Origin: an uncultured Candidatus Rokubacteria bacterium | GTDB taxonomy: Bacteria > Methylomirabilota > Methylomirabilia > Rokubacteriales > CSP1-6 | Direction of reading: 5' to 3' | NCBI GenBank assembly: GCA_963747235.1 | Contig: CAVVEU010000024.1 | Span: forward strand, 64,001-128,000 | DNA: 64,000 nucleotides | In this document: piece after piece, positions 9,999-18,916 of the stretch | How the letters are laid out: every line of letters begins with the position of its first letter | Position numbering within the stretch: position 1 is the first letter of the stretch | Translations under genes and position numbers: made by a program | The notes under the pieces: generated by a model | What the model was told of the DNA's origin: nothing | The model's input: the letters and a program-made list of their open reading frames with translations, nothing else | Databases searched by the model: none

Positions 9999-11228
9999 CT
10001 ACGTCACGTGTTCGCGGGCGAAGCCGGCGATGCGCTTGTACTCGTCCGAGAGGCGCTCGAGCTCGGCGCGGGTGATGTAGCGGTCGAGATCGTCGAACGG
10101 GACGTCGCCCACCAGCTCTTCCACTCGGCGAATGAGATAGTCCGGTGGATGCTCGCGGTTGGTGCGCACGACGCGGGCCGTCGGCGCCGAGCGCGCGGCC
10201 TCGTAGGCGGCCAGCGCGGCCAGGGGATCGCCGCCCGCGGCCAGGCCGTCGGCGAGCGTGCGCGCGTCGAGGATGGCCTGCGCCGCGCCGTTGGAGCCGC
10301 GCGGGTACATCGGGTGCGCGGCGTCGCCCAGCAGGGTGACGCGGCCGAAGGTCCAGCGGTCCACCGGGTCCCGGTCCACCATCGGGTACTCGAAGATGGC
10401 GTCCGAGCGGCGGAGCAGGTCGGGGACATCGAGCCAGTCGAAGGTCCATCCCGCGAAGATGGGCAGGAAGTCCTCGAGCCGGCCCGGCTTGTTCCAGTCG
10501 TTGCGCTCGTAGCCCGGCTGCGCGACCTGGGCGGTCCAGTTGATGAGCTGCCGCCCCTCGCCGTCCACGTCGTCCACGATCGGATAGATCACGAGATTGC
10601 CGGACTGGATCGAGCCGATGCGCACGTAGCTGCGGCCGGTCAGGAAGGGCTTCGCGCGCGTGACCCCGCGCCAGGTATTGATGCCGCCGAAGCAGAGCTC
10701 CTCGCCCGGGTAGAACTGCCGGCGCACCGCCGAGTTCACCCCGTCGCAGGCGATGGCGATGTCGGCGGTGACGGACGGGCGCGTCGCGCCGGTCGTGGTC
10801 GAGCGGAAGTGCAGCGTGACCTGCCGGTCGGTCTGGTCGAGCCCGACGCACTGGTGATCGGTGAGGATGTGCGCGGCGCCGAGCCGCTCCATCGCGGCGC
10901 GCCAGAGCGTCAGGTGCACCCGGCCGCGGTGGATGCCGACCTCGGGCACCGGGTAGCCCGCGGCCCGGCCGCGCGGCTCCGAATAGATGAGCTGGCCGAA
11001 GCGATTGAAGAAGCAGCTATCGCGGTTCTCGATGCCCTGGGCCGCCAGCGCCTCCCCGAGGCCGAGCGCGGTCAGCTCGCGCATGCCGTGGGGCAGCAGC
11101 GTGATGCCGACGCCCAGCTCGCGCACCTCCGGCGCGCTCTCGTACACGCGGCAGGGGATGCCGCGCTGGTGCAGGGCGAGCGCGAGGGTGAGCCCGCCGA
11201 TGCCGCCGCCGACGATCGCGATGTCCAT
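9999..11228 (-). CDS. FAD-dependent monooxygenase (salicylate-hydroxylase-like)
   Basis: GGGIGGL, CDGVNS, TLLGDAAHPMYPRGSNGAAQAILD. Confidence 0.9.
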   Translation of the reverse strand: MDIAIVGGGIGGLTLALALHQRGIPCRVYESAPEVRELGVGITLLPHGMRELTALGLGEALAAQGIENRDSCFFNRFGQLIYSEPRGRAAGYPVPEVGIHRGRVHLTLWRAAMERLGAAHILTDHQCVGLDQTDRQVTLHFRSTTTGATRPSVTADIAIACDGVNSAVRRQFYPGEELCFGGINTWRGVTRAKPFLTGRSYVRIGSIQSGNLVIYPIVDDVDGEGRQLINWTAQVAQPGYERNDWNKPGRLEDFLPIFAGWTFDWLDVPDLLRRSDAIFEYPMVDRDPVDRWTFGRVTLLGDAAHPMYPRGSNGAAQAILDARTLADGLAAGGDPLAALAAYEAARSAPTARVVRTNREHPPDYLIRRVEELVGDVPFDDLDRYITRAELERLSDEYKRIAGFAREHVT

Positions 11229-11250
11229 GTGTGCGGGGCAGCCCGGGGGG

Positions 11251-12129
11251 TCAGGATCGGCGCGTCACGCGCCGGAGCTCGGCCCGCATCGCGTCGAGCG
11301 CCATCGAGTGGTGGCCCTGGCGCCAGACGAAGAAGGTCCGGGCCTTCGACACCGCCGGGGGCAACGCGTAGGTCGCGACGCCGGATGCGGCCAGGCTGAC
11401 GCGAATGACCGAGCGCGGAACGATCGCGATCCCGGCGCCCGCCGCGACACAGGCCACGATCGCGTGGTACGAGCCGAACTCCATGACGCGCTCCGGCACC
11501 ACCTTCGCGTCCCCGAGCCACGCCTCCAGCCGCCGGCGGTACGAGCAGCCCGTCGCGAAGACGATCAGCGTCGTGTGGCCGATGTCCCGGGGCGTCCTCA
11601 CCTTGCGGAAGCTCCTGGGGGTGATCAGGACCAGCTCTTCGCAGAAGACCGGGTCGCCCTCGAGGGCGTCCGCGGTGAAGGGCTCCGCGACGAACGCCGC
11701 CTCGATCTCGTGGTTCATGACCTTGGCGATCAAGGCGCCGGTCGTACCGGTCACCAGCTCGAGCCCCACCGCCGGATAGCGCCGGTGAAAGCGGGAGAGG
11801 ATCGGCGGGAGCCGGGTCGCCGCGGTGCTCTCGAGGGCCCCGATCTGGAACGCGCCCGCCGGCGAGCCGTTGCGACACGCGGCCTCGGCCTCGGACGAGA
11901 GATGCAGGAGCCGGTCGGCGTACCCGAGCAGGCGCTTGCCCTCCGCGGAGAGCACGAGCCGCCGGTTCCCGCGGAGGAAGAGCTTGGTGCCCAGCCGCTC
12001 CTCGAGCTGCTTCACCCGCGTCGTCACGTTCGACGGCACGCGGTGGAGCCGGGTCGCCGCCTTCGCGATGCCGCCCTGCTCGGCGACCGTCTTGAAGATC
12101 TCGAGCGCGGTCAGGTCGATGTTTCCCAT
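11251..12129 (-). CDS. LysR family transcriptional regulator
   Basis: GGIAKAATRLHRVPSNVTTRVKQLEERLG HTH; divergent from nitronate monooxygenase. Confidence 0.93.
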   Translation of the reverse strand: MGNIDLTALEIFKTVAEQGGIAKAATRLHRVPSNVTTRVKQLEERLGTKLFLRGNRRLVLSAEGKRLLGYADRLLHLSSEAEAACRNGSPAGAFQIGALESTAATRLPPILSRFHRRYPAVGLELVTGTTGALIAKVMNHEIEAAFVAEPFTADALEGDPVFCEELVLITPRSFRKVRTPRDIGHTTLIVFATGCSYRRRLEAWLGDAKVVPERVMEFGSYHAIVACVAAGAGIAIVPRSVIRVSLAASGVATYALPPAVSKARTFFVWRQGHHSMALDAMRAELRRVTRRS

Positions 12130-12168
12130 ATCGAGAACACTCCTATCACAATAATTCACTTTTCTGAA
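12123..12168. promoter_or_regulatory. Putative LysR operator region
   Basis: AT-rich patch with dyads TTC-N9-GAA (12123-12137) and TTCA-N6-TGAA between divergent genes. Confidence 0.45.
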
Positions 12169-12208
12169 GGGCCCGGTAGGGACGAGACTGCGGGCATGGA
12201 GGTGTCTC

Positions 12209-13287
12209 ATGGCGCGCGCGACGATCCTGACCGGTAGGCTGGGCCTGCGACACCCGGTGATCCAGGCGCCGCTGGCCGGCGGCGGGGATACCCCGGCGCT
12301 GGTCGCGGCGGTGTGCGAGGCGGGCGCCCTGGGCTTCATCGGCGCGTCCTATCTGACGCCCCGCCAGATCGCCGAGGCGTCGCAGGCGGTGCGCGCCCAG
12401 ACGGGCCGCCCCTTCGGCGATCAACCTCTTTGCGCCGCTTCCCGCTCCGGAAGCGCCGCGCGAGCCCGGGCGGGCCCTCGAGCGTCTGGAGGCATTCTAC
12501 GCCGAGCTCGCGTTGCCGCGTCCGGAGCTCCCGACGCTCGCGGCCGATTCGTTCGCCGAGCAGCTCGCCGCGGCGCTCGAGTCCGGCGCGTCGGTCTTCA
12601 GCTTCACGTTCGGGGTGCTGCCGGCGGCGGCGCTGGAGGCGATCAAGGCGCGGGGCATGTTCGTGATGGGGACCGCGACGACCGTGGAGGAGGCGGTCGC
12701 GCTGGAGACAGGCGGGCGTGGATGCCATCGTCACGCAAGGCAGCGAGGCGGGCGGGCATCGGGGCACCTTCGCGGGCGCCTTCGAGGCGGGGCTGGTCGG
12801 CACGATGGCGCTCGTGCCGCAGGTCGTGGACGCGGTGCGCCTGCCCGTGATCGCGTCCGGCGGGATCATGGACGGCCGCGGGATCGCGGCGGCCCTCGCC
12901 CTCGGCGCCGGCGCGGTGCAGATGGGCACGGCCTTTCTGACCTGCCACGAGGCCGGGATCCCGGATGCGTACAAGGAGGCGATCCTCGGGGCGCACGAGG
13001 ACGGGACGCGTCTGACGCGGGCCTTCTCGGGCCGCCCGGCCCGCGGGATCGTGAACCGCTTCATGACCGAGATCGACCGCACGCCCGAGGCCATCCTGCC
13101 CTTCCCGCTCCAGAACACGCTCACGCGGCCGCTGCGGAGCGCGGCGGCCAGGCAAGGCCGCGCGGAGTTCCTGTCGCTCTGGGCCGGCCAGGCCGTCCGG
13201 CTGGCCCGCCGGCAATCCGCCGCGGACCTCATCGCGCGGCTGGAGAAGGAGACCGACGAGGCCATCGGCCGACTGACGCGCGATTGA
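12209..13287 (+). CDS. Nitronate monooxygenase family flavin oxidoreductase (frameshifts ~12420 and ~12712)
   Basis: [47 protein letters not shown]. Confidence 0.9.
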
Positions 13288-13348
13288 GGCGGGCGCGCAG
13301 TGTCGATTCCGGGCCGCCCCGTTCGACCATCCGGTGAAGGAGGAGAAC

Positions 13349-13827
13349 ATGGTCGAAAGCACCGGAACCTTGACGCTGACCACGCCCACCGACCGCGAGA
13401 TCGTGCTGACGCGCGTGTTCGACGCCCCGCGCAGCCGCGTGTTCGACGCCCTGACCCGGCCCGACCTGCTCGAGCGCTGGCACGGACCGCGCGGCTGGTC
13501 GGTGGTGGTCTGCGAGGTGGACCTGAAGCCGCGCGGCGCCTATCGGCTCGTGCGACGCCGCAGCGCGAACGGCGCCGCCTGGGGATGGGCGGCGTCTACC
13601 GCGAGGTCGTGCCGCCCGAGCGGCTGGTGCACACCGAGCAGTTCGACCGGCCGTGGTACCCGGGCGAGGCGGTGATCACGACGGTCCTGGACGAGCGGGA
13701 TGGCCGGACCACGCTCACGGCCACGCATCGCTACCAGTCGCGGGCGGCCCGCGACCTGGTCCTCGGCTCGCCCATGGAGGACCGCATCGCGGAGAGCTAC
13801 GACAAGCTGGCGGAGCTGCTGAGATGA
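13349..13827 (+). CDS. SRPBCC/AHSA1 family protein (frameshift ~13575)
   Basis: TPTDREIVLTRVFDAPR..CEVDL..GVYREVVPPERLVHTE; strong AGGAGG RBS. Confidence 0.88.
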
Positions 13828-14112
13828 CGACCGCGATGGCGCCGCCCCGGAACGTGGCGCGGAGCATCGGATCGTCTACGCGATCCTCGGGAGCTACATC
13901 GCCGCGCGGCTTGCGCCGCGCAACCCGATGCGGCCGCGATGATCCTGGGCGCCATCGGGGTCCCGTTGAGCGCCATCGGGGCGATCGTGGCGATCACCAT
14001 GATGGACGTGGGCCCGGCCTGGTACCCGATCGCGCTCGGCTACGCCTTGCCCTGCGCCTGGCTCGGCGGCGCGCTCCACCGCGCCGGGCCGCTCACTTCG
14101 GCACGTACTTGA
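13824..14112 (+). pseudogene. Small membrane protein remnant with apparent internal deletion and frameshifts
   Basis: MTTAMAPPRNVARSIG jumps to IVYAILGSYIAARLAPRNPM..GPAWYPIAL..LPCAWLGG; the first TM segment seems to be missing. Confidence 0.5.
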
Positions 14113-14640
14113 ACTGCTGGCCGCCGATCGTCGCTTCCGCCATCGCGCCCGTGATCGGCCTGACGACGACGGCGATCCCGTCGATGAACGTGGCGTTCAC
14201 GGCCGCGGCGTTCTGCAGGATCATCGCCGCGACGCCGGCCGTGAAATCGACCGGGCTCAGCTTGAAGCGGTCCAGGGCGGCCTTGTTCTCGAACACGATC
14301 AGCTCGCTGAAGGTCTGACCCCCGATCTGTGGGCCGACCGACCCCAGGGTCAGGTCGGCATAGCCGACGTGCTGCCCCTGCTCGTACACGACGCCCTGGC
14401 CGTAGCCGCCGCCTACGCCCAGCCCGGCCTTCACGACCTCCGGGAACAGGGCGTAGCCGTAGCCCTTGCGCACCAGGCGCTTCCACTCCGGGATCCATGC
14501 GGTTCATGTCCTGCATCGCGAGCGTCGCGTGCTCGAGCAGCGCGGCTGCGGCTCTCCGGGGTCGGTGGCGCGGTGGTGCAGCCGACCAGCAATCCGGTGG
14601 CAACGGCGAGGACCATGACGGCCCGGGTGATGGAATTCAT
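14093..14640 (-). CDS. SYLF/Ysc84-domain lipid-binding lipoprotein (frameshifted)
   Basis: Lipobox LLVGC; GYALFPEVVKAGLGVGGGYGQG, SVGPQIGGQ, GAMAEATIGGQQF. Confidence 0.8.
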
Positions 14641-14643
14641 GGG

Positions 14644-15282
14644 TCATTCTCCTCCTGGAGGCGTGATGCGGGACAGGACGATCTCCACGGCCCGGGTCAT
14701 CATCGCCACGTCCATGCTCGGCTCCTCGAGATTGTGCGCGGCCACCATCGAGGGCAGGAACGGCAGGTGGATGAAGCCGGTCGGGATCGCGAGTGCCCGT
14801 TCGTCGAGGGCATGGAGCGTGGTGTAGGAGATGTCGTTGCAGAGGTAGGTGCCGGCGGTGTTGGAGATCATCGCCGGAATGCCCTCCTCGGTCAGCGCGG
14901 CCAGCATGTCCCGCAGGGGCAGCGTGCTGAAGTAGCCCGGCGGCCCGCCCTCCACGCACGCCACGTCGCGCAGCACCTGCCCGTGCGCGTCCGGCCGCGA
15001 GTAGTCCATCACGTTGACCGCCACGCGCTCGAGCGAGATGCGCGCGCGCCCGCCCGCGAGGCCGAGATGCACCACCGCGACCAGCCCCGGCGCCTCCAGC
15101 AGCGGGGCCACCACCGCGCGCGCCGCCTCGTGCTGCACCGGCAGGATCACGCTGCGCACCACGCAGTCGCCGATCACGCGGCCGTCGAGCTGCTTCGCCA
15201 CCTCGCCCGAGGGGTTGACGGTGTCGCCGTCGAAGGGCTCGAAGCCGGTGAGCAGGATGTGGCGTGGCGGGCCGGGGGTCAC
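14644..15282 (-). CDS. pcp: Pyroglutamyl-peptidase I
   Basis: ILLTGFEPF, LERVAVN, SNTAGTYLCN, GFIHLP. Confidence 0.93.
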   Translation of the reverse strand: MTPGPPRHILLTGFEPFDGDTVNPSGEVAKQLDGRVIGDCVVRSVILPVQHEAARAVVAPLLEAPGLVAVVHLGLAGGRARISLERVAVNVMDYSRPDAHGQVLRDVACVEGGPPGYFSTLPLRDMLAALTEEGIPAMISNTAGTYLCNDISYTTLHALDERALAIPTGFIHLPFLPSMVAAHNLEEPSMDVAMMTRAVEIVLSRITPPGGE

Positions 15283-15803
15283 GCGGGCTGCACTCCCTTG
15301 CGGTGGCGCTGGGCCAGGGCCTGGTAGCCGGCCGGGTTCATCTGCACCCAGCGCTCGGCGGCGGTGCCCGCGAGCGGGCCCTTCACCTTGCAGGGGGCGC
15401 CCATGGCCAGCATGCCGTCGGGGATCTCGGTGCCCGGCGTCACCAGGGAGCCGGCGGCCACCATGGCGCGCACGCCGATCTTGACGCCGTCGAGCAGCGT
15501 GGAGGAATTACCGACCAGGGCTTCCTCGCCGACGGTGGCGGCGTGGACCAGGCAGAGATGCCCGACGGTGGCGCCGGGGCCGATGTCGACGCCGCCGGCC
15601 GGGGTGACGTGGATCACCGCGCAGTCCTGCACGTTGGCGCCCTTGCGGATCACGATCGGGTTGAAGTCGGCGCGGAGGACGGTGTTGTACCAGACCGAGG
15701 CGTTCTCCTCCACGGTGACGTCGCCGATCAGGTTGGCGGTGGGGGCGATGAAGGCGCTCGGGTGCACGCGCGGGGACTTGCCTTCGAACGAGAAGAGCGG
15801 CAT
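15279..15803 (-). CDS. Gamma carbonic anhydrase family protein
   Basis: PRVHPSAFIAPTANLIGDV, VLRAD, NVQD..IH, TVGH..VH hexapeptide repeats. Confidence 0.9.
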   Translation of the reverse strand: MPLFSFEGKSPRVHPSAFIAPTANLIGDVTVEENASVWYNTVLRADFNPIVIRKGANVQDCAVIHVTPAGGVDIGPGATVGHLCLVHAATVGEEALVGNSSTLLDGVKIGVRAMVAAGSLVTPGTEIPDGMLAMGAPCKVKGPLAGTAAERWVQMNPAGYQALAQRHRKGVQPA

Positions 15804-15896
15804 CCGCGGCTCCTTGATGACGAGGGGATAGCAGCGCGCACGATATTGCGCTCGTCGCCTGGACAAGGCAAGGGGGCGGGGTGTAGCCTCCGATTC

Positions 15897-16922
15897 ATGG
15901 CCGCGCCGAAGATCGCTGCCGTCGCGACCGCGACTCCCCCCTGGCGCTACGATCAGGCCACCGTCCTCCGCATGTCGGGCTACGACGATCCGCGTCGCAT
16001 GGGCTTCTTCAACAACAGCCTGATCGAGACCCGCCACCTCTACTTCGACCCGGAGACGTTCACGCCCGACGAGAGCGTGGACCAGCTCAACGAGCGCTGG
16101 CGTCGCGGGGCGGTGGAGGTGGGCAAGGCGGCGGTGGCGCGCGCGATCGAGCAGGCGGGCTGGCGAAGCTCAGACGTGGACTTCCTCGCCACCACCACCT
16201 GCACCGGGCGCGTGTGCCCGAGCCTCGACGCGCAGATCATCAACGAGCTGGGGCTCAAGTCCACCATCCAGCGCGTGCACGTGGGCGATACCGGCTGCGC
16301 CAGCGCGATGGTGGCGATGCAGCAGGTGTCCAATCACCTGCGCGCGTTCCCGGCGCATCGCGCGGTGATGGTGGCGGTGGAGATCTGCTCGGCGGCCTAC
16401 TTCCTGGACGACCGGCTCGAGAGCGCGGTGGCGCACGCCATCTTCGCCGACGGGGCCGGGGCGATCGCGTTGAGCACCGAGGCGGCGGGGCCGGAGATCG
16501 TCGAGCACCGGACGATGTTCCGCTCCGAGCACCTGGGCGCGATGGGCTTCGAGTATCCGGGCGGGCGGCCGCGGGTCGTGCTCTCCAAGGACGTGCGGCG
16601 CATCGGCGCGGGCATGATGAAGGAGATGGCCGACGCGCTGCTGGCCACGCACGGGCTCAAGCAGGAAGACATCGCGCACTTCGTGCTGCACTCGGCGGGG
16701 CGGCGCGTGATCGAGCAGGTGGGCAAGCTGATGGAGCTGGACGAGAGCCGGCTCGTGCATTCGCGCAACGTCCTGCAGCAGTACGGGAACATGTCCTCCG
16801 CCACCGTGGTCTTCGTGCTCGACGACCTGCTGCGCTCGCGCGAGGCGGCGCCGGGGGACTGGGGCCTCATGATCGCGCTCGGGCCGGGCTTCGCGGCCGA
16901 GGGCGCGCTGCTGCGCTGGTAG
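15897..16922 (+). CDS. Type III polyketide synthase
   Basis: Catalytic Cys (GDTGCAS), His (VLHSAG), Asn (YGNMSSA); VEICS, IFADGA, ALGPGF. Confidence 0.92.
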   Translation: MAAPKIAAVATATPPWRYDQATVLRMSGYDDPRRMGFFNNSLIETRHLYFDPETFTPDESVDQLNERWRRGAVEVGKAAVARAIEQAGWRSSDVDFLATTTCTGRVCPSLDAQIINELGLKSTIQRVHVGDTGCASAMVAMQQVSNHLRAFPAHRAVMVAVEICSAAYFLDDRLESAVAHAIFADGAGAIALSTEAAGPEIVEHRTMFRSEHLGAMGFEYPGGRPRVVLSKDVRRIGAGMMKEMADALLATHGLKQEDIAHFVLHSAGRRVIEQVGKLMELDESRLVHSRNVLQQYGNMSSATVVFVLDDLLRSREAAPGDWGLMIALGPGFAAEGALLRW

Positions 16923-16923
16923 C

Positions 16924-17646
16924 ATGCCCTTCTTTCCGCCGCTGGCCCGCGCCGCGGGCGTGCTCGAGATCATCGACGGGCCGCCCGTCCCCTTCAAGGA
17001 CATGGCGTGCTGCATGACCGACATCTCGCGGGTCAACGCGCTGTTCGGCGGCCGCATGGTCACGATGGTCCACGTCAAGCGGTTGCTGGCGACGCTGCCC
17101 GCCGATCGGCTCGTCACCGTGCTCGACGTGGGCACCGGGGCGGGGGACATCCCGCGCGAGCTGGTGCGCTGGGCGCGGCGGCAGGGCCGGCGCATTCGCG
17201 TCTTCGCGCTGGATCGCGACGCGGCCACGCTCCAGATCGCGGCGACGCTGGTCCGCGACTATCCGGAGATCCGCTTCCTGCGCGGCGATGCGCTCGCGCT
17301 GCCGATCCGCGCGGGCGGGGTGGATCTCACGATCTCCGCGATGACGCTCCACCACCTGGAGCCGGACGCGGGCGTGCAGTACCTGGCCGAGATGGATCGG
17401 GCGGCGCGCGTGGGCTTCGTGGTCAACGACCTGGTGCGGAGCCGTGTCGCGCACTGGGTGGTGTGGCTGATCACGCGGTTCATCACCCGCGGCGCGATCT
17501 CGCGCCACGACGGGCCGCTGTCCGTGCGGCGGTCGTACACGCCGGGCGAGGTGAGCGGGCTCTGCGCGCAGGCCGGGCTCGAGGACGTGGACGTCGTGCA
17601 CCACTGGCCGTACTTCCGCTTCTGCGCGGTCCGCGCCAAGCAATGA
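16924..17646 (+). CDS. Class I SAM-dependent methyltransferase (T3PKS-associated)
   Basis: VLDVGTGAGD, TLHHL, VNDLVRS, HDGPLSVRRSYT. Confidence 0.9.
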   Translation: MPFFPPLARAAGVLEIIDGPPVPFKDMACCMTDISRVNALFGGRMVTMVHVKRLLATLPADRLVTVLDVGTGAGDIPRELVRWARRQGRRIRVFALDRDAATLQIAATLVRDYPEIRFLRGDALALPIRAGGVDLTISAMTLHHLEPDAGVQYLAEMDRAARVGFVVNDLVRSRVAHWVVWLITRFITRGAISRHDGPLSVRRSYTPGEVSGLCAQAGLEDVDVVHHWPYFRFCAVRAKQ

Positions 17647-17656
17647 CCGCCAGGCC

Positions 17657-18859
17657 ATGATCGACGTCGTGGTCGTCGGCGGCGGGCCCGCGGGGAGCGC
17701 GGCCGCCATCCTGCTGGCCGAGCGCGGCTGGTCCGTCACCCTGCTCGACAAGGCCGCGTTCCCGCGCCCGAAGATCTGCGGCGAGTACCTCTCGCCCGAA
17801 GCGGCGCGCGTGCTCGATCGCCTGGGCGTGCTGAAGGCGGTGGACGCGGCGGGGGCGCAGCCGTTGAGCGGCATGCGCATCGTCGCGCCGGACGGCACCG
17901 TGCTCGACGGCGCGTATCCGACCAGCGGGCCGTGGCGCGGGTATCGCGATCACGCGCTGGCGATCCGGCGCGAGGTCTTCGATCGCATCTTGCTGGAGCG
18001 CGCGCGGGCCCTGCCGGTGGACGTGCGCGAGCGGCATCGCGTGACCGGGCTGATCGTGGAAGGTGGCGTCGTGCGGGGGGTGAAGGCGGAGGACGCCGAG
18101 GGCGCGTCGCTGGAGCTACGGAGCCGCCTGGTGGTGGGCGCCGACGGGCGCGCGTCGGTGGTGGCGCACGCGCTCGGGTTGGTGCGGCCGCATCGGCTGC
18201 GGCGGCTGGCGCTGATCCAGCACGTGAGCGGCATCGAGGGGCTGGGCGATCGCGGCGAGATCTACGTGGATCCGCCGGACTACTGCATCCTGAACCCGGT
18301 GGCGCCGGGCATCGTCAACGTGGGCCTGGTGGTGCCGCTGGCGCACGCGAAGCCGTACAGCTCGCGGCTCGAGACCTTCATGGAGGCGCGGCTGCGGCAG
18401 CTTCGCCACGTGCCGGCGCGCCTGGCCGGCATGAAGGCCGAGGGGCCCGTGATGGCGATGGGGCCGCTGGCGTATCGCGTGGGGGAGCCGCGCGTGGGTG
18501 GCGTGCTGCTCGCGGGAGACGCGGCGGGCTTCTACGACCCGTTCACCGGCGAGGGGCTCTACACCGCGCTGCGCTCCGCGGAGCTGCTCGCGGAGGTGGC
18601 GCACCCCGCGCTGACCACCGGCGATGTGTCGGCGGCCGCGCTCGCGCCCTACGCGCAGGCCCGGCACGCCGCGTTCGCGGACAAGGCGCGCGTCACGCAG
18701 GCGCTGCAGCTCATCATCGCGCACCGTCGCCTGGCCAATCTCGCCGCGCGTTTCCTCCAGCGCCGCCCGGCGCTGCTCAGCACGCTGATGGGCGTCATCG
18801 GCGACTTCATCCCGCCCCGCGCCCTCCGGGGTCAGGTCTTGAATTCCGACATTTCGTAG
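17657..18859 (+). CDS. FAD-dependent oxidoreductase (geranylgeranyl-reductase/hydroxylase-like)
   Basis: VVVVGGGPAG, FPRPKICGEYL, GADGRAS, AGDAAGFYDPFTGEG. Confidence 0.88.
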   Translation: MIDVVVVGGGPAGSAAAILLAERGWSVTLLDKAAFPRPKICGEYLSPEAARVLDRLGVLKAVDAAGAQPLSGMRIVAPDGTVLDGAYPTSGPWRGYRDHALAIRREVFDRILLERARALPVDVRERHRVTGLIVEGGVVRGVKAEDAEGASLELRSRLVVGADGRASVVAHALGLVRPHRLRRLALIQHVSGIEGLGDRGEIYVDPPDYCILNPVAPGIVNVGLVVPLAHAKPYSSRLETFMEARLRQLRHVPARLAGMKAEGPVMAMGPLAYRVGEPRVGGVLLAGDAAGFYDPFTGEGLYTALRSAELLAEVAHPALTTGDVSAAALAPYAQARHAAFADKARVTQALQLIIAHRRLANLAARFLQRRPALLSTLMGVIGDFIPPRALRGQVLNSDIS

Positions 18860-18914
18860 ATTGTCAGGTAGAGCGCTGCCCGATGAGAATGTCGTAATTC
18901 AAGACCTGACCCCG
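18827..18914. repeat. Inverted repeat (REP/REPIN- or MITE-like) between convergent genes
   Basis: CGGGGTCAGGTCTTGAATTCCGACATT ... AATGTCGTAATTCAAGACCTGACCCCG: 27-nt arms, 1 mismatch, 34-nt spacer. Confidence 0.85.
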
Positions 18915-18916
18915 AG

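Noticed and set aside
17657-18859. Flavin-dependent halogenase call
   Set aside because: No WxWxIP motif; better described as a generic FAD oxidoreductase
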